Assembly: GCA_040756875.1 (NCBI GenBank)
Contig: JBFLYH010000001.1
Coordinates: forward strand, 1,484,399 to 1,548,398
Direction of reading: 5' to 3'
DNA length: 64,000 bases
DNA from: a candidate division FCPU426 bacterium
GTDB taxonomy: Bacteria > Oederibacteriota > JAAXVQ01 > JAUVAV01
The notes below the pieces were generated by a model. That model did no database searches and was not told the origin of the DNA. It saw nothing but the letters and a program-made list of their open reading frames with translations. A program made the position numbers and the translations under genes. This document shows positions 1 through 10,320 of this stretch, piece after piece. Within the stretch, counting starts at the first letter, position 1. Every line of letters begins with the position of its first letter.

Positions 1-139
1 CGCGGGAGCCCGCGCCCAATTCAAACGGGCTGTTGGTCCCGGCATCCGCGACCACGGCCGCGACCGGCAGGGGCGACAGCCACGCGGCTGCCAGCCACAG
101 CCCGCAGAGTAAGTGCTTTGTCCGTTTATCAACCGGCAT
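1..139 (-). CDS. PorV/PorQ-like outer-membrane beta-barrel protein, N-terminal part only (runs off the window start)
   Basis: Hand translation from ATG at 139: MPVDKRTKHLLCGLWLAAAWLSPLPVAAVVADAGTNSPFELGAGSR. This is a signal peptide followed by 'AGT..F.LGAGSR', like the GxGARxxGMG N-terminal motif of PorV-family barrels. Starts just after the stop of the upstream surface protein. Not in the ORF track. Confidence 0.6.
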   Translation of the reverse strand, partial: MPVDKRTKHLLCGLWLAAAWLSPLPVAAVVADAGTNSPFELGAGSR

Positions 140-148
140 GATGCATCC

Positions 149-3100
149 TCATTTGATCACCGCGATTTTCAGCATGTGCCGCTTGGTTTCCCCGCCGGCG
201 GCGGGGGTGATTTCGAGCACGGCAAAGTAGAGACCGTTGAGAACCACCTGACCGCTGCCATTGCGCCCGTCCCACGGGATGTGGCGCAGGATCGAAGCGC
301 CGGTCTGCGTTTCCTCGCCGACCAAAACCCGCACCAATTCACCCACGACGTTGTAGATCTTGAGGCTGACGCGGGCGTCACTTTCCAGGAAATAATCGAT
401 CGATGTGCTTTGCCGTCCGGCCGCGAACGGATTGGGATAATTGATGTAAGAAGAAGCCAGCGACCGCCGGGTGATGACCACTTCGTTCGAGAACATCGGG
501 AAAACATCCCCAAATGCCGGGCGCACCTGCATGCCCACGTCGTCCAGGAAGCGGCAATCCACCTCGGCGTCGGTGGAGACGCCCAGGCGCAAGGATTCCC
601 GGCTCGAGGCCGGGTTCAGGTTGACCTGAATGCGCAGAATGTGGGGTTCATCGGGCGCGATGGTCACCGCCAGCGCCGGGAAGCCGACGAACTGGCGGTC
701 CGTGGCGGACGTCACGTTGACCGAAACCAGTATGGCCGCCCCGTCCCAGACCGTGATGGTGGAAAGAATGTCATTCGCCGGAATGCCGGCTCCCAGGTGA
801 TCCTGAACGGTCAAAGTAACGCCGCGCAGTTGATACAAGGCCGATCCGGTGGAGTTGGGATTGGTGAATTCCAATTCCAGCATATCCACGCCCGGTTCGC
901 CGGTAATGGCGGTGATCGGCGCCAGCGAGGCGTGGCCGACATAAACGTAGGGATTGCCCGGCCGCGGACCCGTATCCACGGGTATCGGGTCCGTCACGCC
1001 GTCCAAAACGAACGTATTGGTCGTGTCCTGTGCGGTGATGGTGTAGGTCAGGTTCGGCTCCATGAACCGGACGTTGAACGTTGCTTCGCCGTTGGCCAGC
1101 GTGACCGTGGCCGGCAGATCCCGCACCTGGTTGGGGGCGGCGGAGGTGGAGAGCGCCAGGCTGTCGTTCAACGGCACGATCTGGTAGGTCGTCATGTTCA
1201 GGACCCTGACCGTGATGGAAACCAGGTAGCCGGCATCCACCGGCACAATGACGCCGGCCTTGCCCGGCGGAGTTCCGGGCGTGAAGAATTCGTTGGGCAC
1301 GATCAGCACCAGCTGGTACACCGGCGTCGGCGTCACGGTGGGCGTGATCGTGCTTGTCGGCGTAATGGTCTGGGTTTGCGTGGCCGTGGCGCTCGGCGTA
1401 GGCGTCGAGGTTTGCGTCGAGGTCATGGTCACAGTCTCGGTTTGAGTGAACGTTCCGGTCTGCGTATAGGTCAGCGTTTGCGTGCTGGTTCCGGTCTGGG
1501 TGGCGGTGACAGTATACGTCGGCGTCTGGGTGAACGTGGGCGTAGAGGTGGCCGTGTCGGTGGGCGTGGCCGTGAACACCGGCGTATCCGTCGGGGTCGC
1601 CGTAAAGGTGGCAGTATCCGTGGGCGTCACGGTAAAGGTCGGCGTTACGGTGGAAGTGGCGGTGATGACCGACACGTATTGCACCTTGGTCACCGTAGTC
1701 GTGGTTTGGTAGGTACCGTCGTTAAGATAAGAGCTCCAATAATAGACACCGCCCGTACCCGGCGCGGTGGCTGTAAGGGTTATGCTGTCGTAGGCGCCCG
1801 CCGACCAGGGCGAGGCGTACGTAATTTGGATTTGGCTTCCGGCAAATGAAACCAATCCGCCCAACACGTTCGAGGAGGGTGTCATGGGCACGGTCCAGCC
1901 GTTGGGAATGGATATATACACTTGGTTAATGTCTCCCAGCGAGCGCGCGATGACCGTGTATTCGAAGTTTTGCGTTTGATTGAGCAACACCGTATTGGGC
2001 TGAATATGAGCATCAGCCGCCGGCGTAATCGTCGAAGTGACGGTGGGTGTCGCGGTCACAGTCGACGTATCCGTCGGCGTAGGTGTAACGGTCGGAGTAT
2101 CCGTGGCCGTGGGTGTCGCGGTCTGGGTCGCGGTCGAGGTCGCCGTATCCGTCGGCGTGGATGTGAATGTCGCCGTGTCCGTCGGCGTGGATGTGAACGT
2201 CGCCGTGTCCGTCGGCGTCGCCGTGAACGTCGCCGTATCCGTCGGCGTCGCTGTGAACGTCGCCGTATCCGTCGGCGTGGCTGTGAACGTCGCCGTATCC
2301 GTCGGCGTCGCTGTGAACGTCGCCGTATCCGTCGGCGTGGCTGTGAACGTCGCCGTATCCGTCGGCGTGGCTGTGAACGTCGCCGTATCCGTCGGTGTCG
2401 CTGTGAACGTCGCCGTATCCGTCGGTGTCGCCGTGAACGTCGCCGTATCCGTCGGCGTCGCTGTGAACGTCGCCGTATCCGTCGGCGTGGCTGTGAACGT
2501 CGCCGTATCCGTCGGCGTGGCTGTGAACGTCGCCGTATCCGTCGGCGTCGCTGTGAACGTCGCCGTATCCGTCGGCGTCGCCGTGAACGTCGCCGTATCC
2601 GTCGGCGTCGCTGTGAACGTCGCCGTATCCGTCGGTGTCGCCGTGAACGTCGCCGTATCCGTCGGTGTCGCCGTGAACGTCGCCGTATCCGTCGGCGTCG
2701 CTGTGAACGTCGCCGTATCCGTCGGCGTCGCCGTGAACGTCGGGGTATGGGTGGATGTGGCGGTTGCAGTATAAACCTGTACATATTGCACTTTGCTCGC
2801 CGGCGTGGCAGCGGCATAAGCGCCGTTGTTTAAATATCCGCTCCAGTAATAGTAACCGCCTGTGCCCGGCGCGGTCGCCGTCAGCGTGATGCTGTCAAAC
2901 GCGCCGGAAGCCAGGGGCGGCGAATAGGTCACCATGATCCTTCCGCCGTTGAATGCCACGTTCCCCATCTGCACGTTCGAAACCGGCGTGCCTGGCACTG
3001 ACCAGCCCGCGGGAATTTCGATGTACAGCGTATCGACCACCCCGCCAGTGGTAATCAGCACATACTCAAAATCGCGGATTTGCCAGGGATCGCTGGCAAT

Positions 3101-5533
3101 CGGTTGAATATACGCATTCGCCTGCGGAATCGCGGTTGAAGTAGCTGTGGCCGTAGCTGTGAACGTCGGGGTCACAGTCGGCGTATCTGTCACAGTGAAC
3201 GTGGAAGTCACCGTAGCTGTCGGCGAATCCGTCGGGGTAGCGGTGAATGTCGGGGTGTCCGTTGGCGTCACCGTGAACGTCGGCGTATCCGTCGGCGTCG
3301 CCGTGAACGTCGGGGTGTCCGTCGGCGTCGCCGTGAACGTCGGGGTATCTGTCGGCGTTACCGTAAACGTCGGCGTATCCGTCGGCGTCGCCGTGAACGT
3401 CGGGGTATCTGTCGGCGTCGCCGTGAACGTCGGCGTATCGGTCGGCGTCACCGTAAACGTCGGCGTATCTGTCGGCGTTACCGTAAACGTCGGCGTATCC
3501 GTCGGCGTCGCCGTGAACGTCGGCGTATCTGTCGGCGTCGCCGTGAACGTCGGCGTATCTGTCGGCGTCGCCGTGAACGTCGGCGTATCTGTCGGCGTCA
3601 TCGTAAACGTCGGCGTGTCTGTCGGTGTCACCGTAAACGTCGGCGTATCTGTCGGCGTCACCGTAAACGTCGGCGTATCTGTCGGCGTCACCGTAAACGT
3701 CGGCGTGTCTGTCGGCGTCACCGTAAACGTCGGGGTATCCGTCGGTGTGACTGTAAACGTCGGGGAGTCCGTCGGCGTCACCGTAAACGTCGGTGTATCG
3801 GTCGGCGTCACCGTAAACGTCGGCGTATCGGTCGGCGTCACCGTAAACGTCGGCGTATCGGTCGGCGTCACCGTAAACGTCGGCGTATCGGTCGGCGTCA
3901 CCGTAAACGTCGGCGTGTCCGTCGGCGTCACCGTAAACGTCGGCGTATCTGTCGGCGTCACCGTAAACGTCGGCGTATCTGTCGGCGTCACCGTAAACGT
4001 CGGGGTGTCTGTCGGCGTCGCCGTGAAGGTCGGAGTATCCGTCGGTGTCACCGTGAACGTCGGCGTGTCCGTCGGCGTCGCCGTGAAGGTCGGAGTATCC
4101 GTCGGTGTCATTGTGAACGTCGGCGTGTCTGTCGGCGTCGCCGTATACGTCGGGGTGTCTGTCGGTGTCATTGTGAACGTCGGCGTGTCCGTCGGCGTCA
4201 TCGTGAACGTCGGCGTGTCCGTCGGCGTCATCGTGAACGTCGGTGTATCCGTCGGTGTGGCCGTAAACGTCGGCGTATCCGTCGGCGTGACTGTGAACGT
4301 GGCGGTAAACGTCGGGGTGTCGGTAAAACTGGGCGTGGCAGTCGACGTATCGGTATATGTCGGCGTGGCCGTGAACGTCGGGGTATCCGTGGAGGTTGCG
4401 GTGGCCGTGTAAACCTGGACATATTGATATTTACTCACCGGCGTCAATGCCACGTAAGCCCCGGTGTTCAGATACCCGGTCCAATAATAATAACCGCCCG
4501 TGCCCGGCGCGGTCGCCGTGAGCGTAATGCTGTCGAAAGAGCCTGCTGCCAACGGCGGCGAATAGGTCACTAAAATGCGTCCGCCGCTGATCACGACATC
4601 GCCCAATTGCACATTGGATACCGGCGTTTCCGGCACGGCCCAACCGCCCGGAATTTCGATGGACAGCGTGTCGAGCGTATCGCCGCCCTGGGTGATCAAG
4701 ACATATTCAAAGTCCCGGGTTTGCCAGGGATCGCTGGCGTTGGGTTGTATGTATCCATTGGCGCGAGGGAAAGGTGTGGCGGTCGGAGTGGGAGTGCTGG
4801 TGCTTGTGGGCGTGTCCGTGGGAGTGTCTGTGAACGAAGGGGTGTCCGTGGGCGTGACCGTATCCGTGGGCGTGTCCGTGGGGGTGTCCGTGTCCGTTGC
4901 CGTTGGTGTCGGGGTATCTGTCGCGGTATCGGTGGGCGTGATCGTGGAGGTCGGGGTATTGGTCGGCGTGGGCGTCACCGCGTCATCGCACACGCGCACA
5001 AAACCCACCTCGATGTATGTCCCGGCGGCCCCCTCCACGGATAATTGCACGTAAAATTGGTGCGAACCGGACCAGCCCGTAACCGCCGCATAGTCAAAAG
5101 CAAAGGTCCCGGTTTCAGCACTGGAACTGTTCAGGTCCCAGTAAGTGGAACTGCCGCCGATTTCCTGGATGCCGATTTTCCAGGTGGTGGAGGAAGAGAG
5201 GCCGGCGATATTGACTTCGACCATGTTATAGGTACTGACATCGCAGGTGAGGGCAGGCGAAAAAACCTTGCCCCAGGTATCTTCAGCTGTCCTAGTCACT
5301 GCCGCCAGGGAGGTGGTATAGGAAAAGGCGATGTCGGCGTTGTACGTATTGTCGTCGGTTTCATCGGTCCAGGCCACCGGTTGGTCGCCTGCGGTTCCTG
5401 TGAGGTCGTCAAACCAGAAATCAGCGGCTGCCGCTGAATGAGACAGGCCCCATCCGGCTGACAGCATCAGGATCGAAAGCAGCCGCACGCACCATCCGCT
5501 GCCAGACCGTCTTATCGGAGGCCGTATGGACAC
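149..5533 (-). CDS. 1794-aa secreted surface protein: N-terminal CBM-like domain, three copies of a ~115-aa beta domain separated by long Thr-Pro repeats, C-terminal FlgD-Ig/T9SS-like sorting domain
   Basis: GTG start after AAAGGA, with a signal peptide ending SAAAA. The domain 'YIQP...DFEY...IEIPxGWxVP...DSITLTATAPGTGG.YYW..YLN.G' occurs 3 times. C-terminus reads NYPNPF...KIYNVVGELVR...WDGRNGSG...NGLY...KIAVIK. Confidence 0.9.
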   Translation of the reverse strand: MSIRPPIRRSGSGWCVRLLSILMLSAGWGLSHSAAAADFWFDDLTGTAGDQPVAWTDETDDNTYNADIAFSYTTSLAAVTRTAEDTWGKVFSPALTCDVSTYNMVEVNIAGLSSSTTWKIGIQEIGGSSTYWDLNSSSAETGTFAFDYAAVTGWSGSHQFYVQLSVEGAAGTYIEVGFVRVCDDAVTPTPTNTPTSTITPTDTATDTPTPTATDTDTPTDTPTDTVTPTDTPSFTDTPTDTPTSTSTPTPTATPFPRANGYIQPNASDPWQTRDFEYVLITQGGDTLDTLSIEIPGGWAVPETPVSNVQLGDVVISGGRILVTYSPPLAAGSFDSITLTATAPGTGGYYYWTGYLNTGAYVALTPVSKYQYVQVYTATATSTDTPTFTATPTYTDTSTATPSFTDTPTFTATFTVTPTDTPTFTATPTDTPTFTMTPTDTPTFTMTPTDTPTFTMTPTDTPTYTATPTDTPTFTMTPTDTPTFTATPTDTPTFTVTPTDTPTFTATPTDTPTFTVTPTDTPTFTVTPTDTPTFTVTPTDTPTFTVTPTDTPTFTVTPTDTPTFTVTPTDTPTFTVTPTDTPTFTVTPTDSPTFTVTPTDTPTFTVTPTDTPTFTVTPTDTPTFTVTPTDTPTFTVTPTDTPTFTMTPTDTPTFTATPTDTPTFTATPTDTPTFTATPTDTPTFTVTPTDTPTFTVTPTDTPTFTATPTDTPTFTATPTDTPTFTVTPTDTPTFTATPTDTPTFTATPTDTPTFTVTPTDTPTFTATPTDSPTATVTSTFTVTDTPTVTPTFTATATATSTAIPQANAYIQPIASDPWQIRDFEYVLITTGGVVDTLYIEIPAGWSVPGTPVSNVQMGNVAFNGGRIMVTYSPPLASGAFDSITLTATAPGTGGYYYWSGYLNNGAYAAATPASKVQYVQVYTATATSTHTPTFTATPTDTATFTATPTDTATFTATPTDTATFTATPTDTATFTATPTDTATFTATPTDTATFTATPTDTATFTATPTDTATFTATPTDTATFTATPTDTATFTATPTDTATFTATPTDTATFTATPTDTATFTATPTDTATFTATPTDTATFTATPTDTATFTATPTDTATFTATPTDTATFTSTPTDTATFTSTPTDTATSTATQTATPTATDTPTVTPTPTDTSTVTATPTVTSTITPAADAHIQPNTVLLNQTQNFEYTVIARSLGDINQVYISIPNGWTVPMTPSSNVLGGLVSFAGSQIQITYASPWSAGAYDSITLTATAPGTGGVYYWSSYLNDGTYQTTTTVTKVQYVSVITATSTVTPTFTVTPTDTATFTATPTDTPVFTATPTDTATSTPTFTQTPTYTVTATQTGTSTQTLTYTQTGTFTQTETVTMTSTQTSTPTPSATATQTQTITPTSTITPTVTPTPVYQLVLIVPNEFFTPGTPPGKAGVIVPVDAGYLVSITVRVLNMTTYQIVPLNDSLALSTSAAPNQVRDLPATVTLANGEATFNVRFMEPNLTYTITAQDTTNTFVLDGVTDPIPVDTGPRPGNPYVYVGHASLAPITAITGEPGVDMLELEFTNPNSTGSALYQLRGVTLTVQDHLGAGIPANDILSTITVWDGAAILVSVNVTSATDRQFVGFPALAVTIAPDEPHILRIQVNLNPASSRESLRLGVSTDAEVDCRFLDDVGMQVRPAFGDVFPMFSNEVVITRRSLASSYINYPNPFAAGRQSTSIDYFLESDARVSLKIYNVVGELVRVLVGEETQTGASILRHIPWDGRNGSGQVVLNGLYFAVLEITPAAGGETKRHMLKIAVIK
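2139..2740 (-). repeat. Coding tandem repeat, 30-bp unit x ~20 (TPTDTATFTA)
   Basis: Near-identical + strand units gtcgccgtatccgtcggcgtcgctgtgaac. Confidence 0.95.
3229..4300 (-). repeat. Coding tandem repeat, 30-bp unit x ~36 (TPTDTPTFT[V/A/M])
   Basis: Repeated + strand units like gtcggcgtatctgtcggcgtcaccgtaaac, with synonymous variation. Confidence 0.95.
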
Positions 5534-5993
5534 TTAGGCTTCCTTTCTCACGCAAAGAATCGACGGCTGATACCCGGATGCCCCTGCCTCCGGCCGCTGA
5601 AAGCGTCCGGCCGGAAAAAAGCGAAAACAACCCGCATTACCCGCGGACAGGGCATGGGGCGCCGGAAGCAAGTTTTCAAATAAAAAAAACGCGACCACGC
5701 TCATGCCCATCCTCGACAACCGGGTCTAATATTTTTGAAAAAGACAAAAAATCCCTTAAAAATTAGACTTGGGACGTTTCATCGCGGTTCCAACTAATAA
5801 TATGGAATATACGGCACCGATAGAAACATCGTTTTTTGGCGGATATTCTCCCGGGCATCTTAAAAACTGACAAAATATCCGACCCAAAAAACACAGAATC
5901 CGCCTGTAATTAACGCATTTTACATTATACCCGATGCAAGTCCAACCGGCAAATGCAAAATATCAATTGTGAATCAGGTGGATTCTTGTCCAA

Positions 5994-6022
5994 TTGAAAT
6001 CTTTCGGCTATTGTGCTATTTT
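5994..6022 (+). promoter_or_regulatory. Sigma70-type promoter for 6S RNA
   Basis: TTGAAA (5994-5999), 17-bp spacer ending in TGc, TATTTT (6017-6022), ending ~7 nt before the predicted RNA 5' end. Confidence 0.6.
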
Positions 6023-6028
6023 TTATGT

Positions 6029-6200
6029 CGCCTGCGGTGTTGGTGATGGAGCCGCCAATCCCGAACCTACGAGCAGAAAAAGGGAGCCGTGTCCGGCAGG
6101 CCAGTGCGTTCTCCCCGATGGGAACGCCAAACCCTGCCCTTTGGTTCCCACCTGTATAACAGGGTTCAGTGCATGGCTGCTTCACACGGCATCGCGGGTT
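6029..6200 (+). ncRNA. ssrS: 6S RNA
   Basis: ~170-nt rod. The 5' CCTGCGGTGTTG pairs with the 3' CGGCATCGCGGG. Internal CCCGAACC...AAAAAGGGAGCC and GGTTCCCACCTGTATAACAGGGTTCA flank a central bubble, as in 6S RNAs. Lies upstream of rny, a common 6S context. Confidence 0.85.
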
Positions 6201-6241
6201 TATTTTTCCCAGCCGGACTATTGCGCCCCAGGGGTTGTTTC

Positions 6242-6270
6242 TTGACAACCTAGGGCACGAGGTTTATAAT
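6242..6270 (+). promoter_or_regulatory. Perfect consensus sigma70 promoter for rny-ymdB
   Basis: TTGACA (6242-6247), 17 bp, TATAAT (6265-6270). Confidence 0.85.
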
Positions 6271-6506
6271 TTCCTAAACCGGTCGTTCGATCGGATACTA
6301 TATATATCTGCAGCGGATGTGATGGACGCATGCGCTCCCGGGTGGGACGCGTGCAGGATAAAATGACGGGTGATAATAAAAAAATGGGTTTTTTCAGGGT
6401 TAGGTTTCGTTTATACGCAGTGAATACCATGAACGTATAGTCATTCACCCGTTTTTTTCCGTTTGTCCTTCCTCTGCCTCCGCTGCCGGTCAAGGAGGCT
6501 TTTCCC

Positions 6507-8063
<1,557 letters not shown>

Positions 8064-8091
8064 GCGCGCCTGACAGGCTGGTAGGACGGAT

Positions 8092-8895
8092 ATGCCGGAA
8101 CCAACCACCAGGATGCTATTGATCGGGGATGTGATGGGCGAACCCGGCCGCGAGGCCTTGAGCCGCTTGTTGCCGGGCCTCAAACAGGACCTGCGTCCCC
8201 ACCTGACCATCGTCAATGCCGAAAACGCCGCGGGCGGTTTTGGCCTGACCCCGGAAATCGCCCATGAGCTTTTCCGCCTGGGTGCGGATGCGCTGACCTC
8301 GGGCAACCACATCTGGGACAAGAAACAGATCCTGCCCTTTCTCGACCAGGAACCCCGGCTGCTGCGGCCGGCCAATTATCCCGAGGGCGCGCCTGGCCGG
8401 GGGTGGCAGGTATTTGAACCCATGGTAGGCGCCCCAAAAATCGGCGTGATCAACCTCGAAGGCCGGGTGTATATGCACACCCTCGACGACCCTTTCAGCC
8501 TGGGCCGCAAACTTCTGCAGAACGTCCGCCGCGAAACGCCGCTGGTCATCATCGATTTTCATGCGGAAATCACCTCTGAAAAACGCGCCCTGGGCTGGTA
8601 TCTCGACGGGTTGGCCACTGCGGTCATCGGCACCCACACCCATGTCCAGACTGCGGACGAGGAAATCCTTCCCGGCGGCACTGCCTATCTGACGGACGTG
8701 GGCATGACCGGCTCGCGTGACTCGGTCATCGGCGTGAAAAAGGAGGACGCCATTCACCGTTTTGTGAAGCAGACGCCCTCCCGTTTCACCCCGGCCACCG
8801 GGCGCTTATGGATCAACGCTGCGCTGGTGGAAGCGGATTCCGCCAGCGGCAAAGCCCTGCGCATCCAGCGGATCCAAAAGAGCCTGGAGGCCTGA
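8092..8895 (+). CDS. ymdB: YmdB/TIGR00282-family metallophosphoesterase
   Basis: IGDVMGEPG, NAENAAGGFG, TSGNHIWD, DFHAEITSEK, GTHTHVQTAD and TDVGMTG. Canonical position after rny. Confidence 0.95.
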   Translation: MPEPTTRMLLIGDVMGEPGREALSRLLPGLKQDLRPHLTIVNAENAAGGFGLTPEIAHELFRLGADALTSGNHIWDKKQILPFLDQEPRLLRPANYPEGAPGRGWQVFEPMVGAPKIGVINLEGRVYMHTLDDPFSLGRKLLQNVRRETPLVIIDFHAEITSEKRALGWYLDGLATAVIGTHTHVQTADEEILPGGTAYLTDVGMTGSRDSVIGVKKEDAIHRFVKQTPSRFTPATGRLWINAALVEADSASGKALRIQRIQKSLEA

Positions 8896-8898
8896 ACC

Positions 8899-9513
8899 CT
8901 AGCTTCCCTCCCCCGGTTGCTTAAGCACGATTTCCACCGCCTGCGCTGCGTTTCCTTGCCCGGAATAAGTCACTTGCGCCTTAGTCCCTGCCGCCAAACC
9001 CGCTAAAGTCTCCCGTGAACGGCGCAGTACCAAGGTCCTGGGCGTGCGCTCCACCCGGATCACCTGGCCAAAGCGGTTGCAAACCGTCAATGGTTCCGGC
9101 TTTTGGATGCGCGCCGTCAGGGAGGTGGTGCGGGCGCGGTCCGGATAGGCAGCACCGGTCCGCTGTTTTTTTGCCTCCTGCCAGCGGCTTTCTTCAGGCG
9201 CCAGACATTGAATGCGCGTGGCGGTAAAAACGTCGTTTTGACCGCGCCCGTTCATTCGTACCAGCATGCCGGCTGCGAGTTCGCCGGCCGCGAGTTCGCT
9301 TTCCTTCCAGATTTTGGTTTCGTCATTCACCCGGAACTGCAGCGCCTGACCTTTTCCTGGCATCCGCAGGCTCCACTCTCCCTGGCTGTTGGTCGTCAAT
9401 TCACCGGTCGCGGTACGCGTTTTTGCGGCTGCTGCCGCCTGGGTGCTCCAGGCGCACGCCCAACAAACCCCGGCCACCAAAACCATTCCCAGCCTCGACT
9501 TCCACTTTTTCAT
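8899..9513 (-). CDS. Secreted hypothetical protein with two OB-fold-like (DUF5666-like) repeats
   Basis: Signal peptide MKKWKSRLG...AWSTQAAA. Repeated 'T.I......L.AG..V...G......A..I' pattern. Confidence 0.55.
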   Translation of the reverse strand: MKKWKSRLGMVLVAGVCWACAWSTQAAAAAKTRTATGELTTNSQGEWSLRMPGKGQALQFRVNDETKIWKESELAAGELAAGMLVRMNGRGQNDVFTATRIQCLAPEESRWQEAKKQRTGAAYPDRARTTSLTARIQKPEPLTVCNRFGQVIRVERTPRTLVLRRSRETLAGLAAGTKAQVTYSGQGNAAQAVEIVLKQPGEGS

Positions 9514-9756
9514 TTTCCACCCCCTATATGAATTGAACTGCATCCTACTCATTGGACCGGGAGAAAATATTTTTCATGCGGTTTTTTTCAGGGGTGAATT
9601 TTATTAGTTTGAACACTCAGGGTCTGATTTCGCCGGGCGTTTCAGGCAAACCGGCACGAACACGCCAAGAGGAACGGAGGTCCTTCGGGCTTTTTCGTTA
9701 TGCGGGAGGATGCAAAGGAAGGCAAGCTTGCCCAGACAGCCACGGAAGGCCGCGGA

Positions 9757-10308
9757 TCAATCCCAGGTGATGAGCCACTTCCATTGGTTGGGATCCGCAT
9801 CATCCGGCGTGATTTGCACGTTCTTGACGCCGGTCAGATTTAATGCGCCCTTGAGATAGCCGGTCACGGTTTCCCTTGATTCCGCCGGCAGTTCGGGATA
9901 TTTTTCGACAAAGAGAGTGGCGCGTTTGGAGGCGTAGTCCGCTTCGGTCCTGGCTACGCCCCGCTTGTAATACTTGTCCCACAGTTTGGCCGTCTGATTG
10001 ACCAAGGCGGGTATGCTGATGACTTTCAACAGCACCCGGTATACCCCCTGCAGGTCGTACTCGGCTTCAGCAGCGCTCAAGCGCTGCAGCGGCGCCGGAT
10101 CACCGGGAAAAAGAATTTGTGCGCCCCGTTTCAGAATCCGGACGTAATTGTATATCGGCATCCAGGACACGGGCAGACAATTTTTATACTGCATGGTTTC
10201 TTCCGGGTTTAATTGGGAGAGGAATTCCTCTTCCTGGCCTGCGGCAGACTGCTTGAACAATTCGCGCATGAAAACAATTCCGGCGGCCTTCATTTCCATG
10301 GTCTCCAT
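9757..10308 (-). CDS. Hypothetical protein resembling the DUF2378/TIGR02265-like family
   Basis: SWMP, 'AEYDLQGVYRVLLK...LWDKYYKRG', GYLKGALNLTG and C-terminal ITWD. Directly follows the anti-sigma gene. Confidence 0.55.
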   Translation of the reverse strand: METMEMKAAGIVFMRELFKQSAAGQEEEFLSQLNPEETMQYKNCLPVSWMPIYNYVRILKRGAQILFPGDPAPLQRLSAAEAEYDLQGVYRVLLKVISIPALVNQTAKLWDKYYKRGVARTEADYASKRATLFVEKYPELPAESRETVTGYLKGALNLTGVKNVQITPDDADPNQWKWLITWD

Positions 10309-10320
10309 GTCCTGCTCCAA

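Noticed and set aside
2139-4300. 30-bp periodic array as a CRISPR array
   Set aside because: Units are contiguous with no unique spacers, variation is codon-structured, and no cas genes are present.
1922-4412. Val/Gly-rich and Arg-rich repeat ORFs (2037-2774, 3147-4412, 1922-2833, 2056-2817)
   Set aside because: Antisense or alternate-frame shadows of the Thr-Pro repeat in the 1794-aa gene.
1700-4770. Triplicated domain as a diversity-generating retroelement TR/VR pair
   Set aside because: The copies are in-frame domains with general divergence that is not adenine-specific, and there is no reverse transcriptase in the window.
5578-5656. ATGCCCCTG...CAGGGCAT pairing as a third copy of the E1/E2 element
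   Set aside because: Lacks the long outer stem and the GTCGC, AATT and TTTGCAT motifs.
6295-6310. ATACTATATAT just downstream of the rny promoter, identical to part of an nrdD NrdR box
   Set aside because: Single, AT-rich and lacking the right-hand G, with no tandem partner. Likely chance.
9640-9750. GGCAAACC...GCAAAG resembling a c-di-GMP-I riboswitch
   Set aside because: Stems, tetraloop and spacing do not fit, and it is on the strand opposite the flanking genes.
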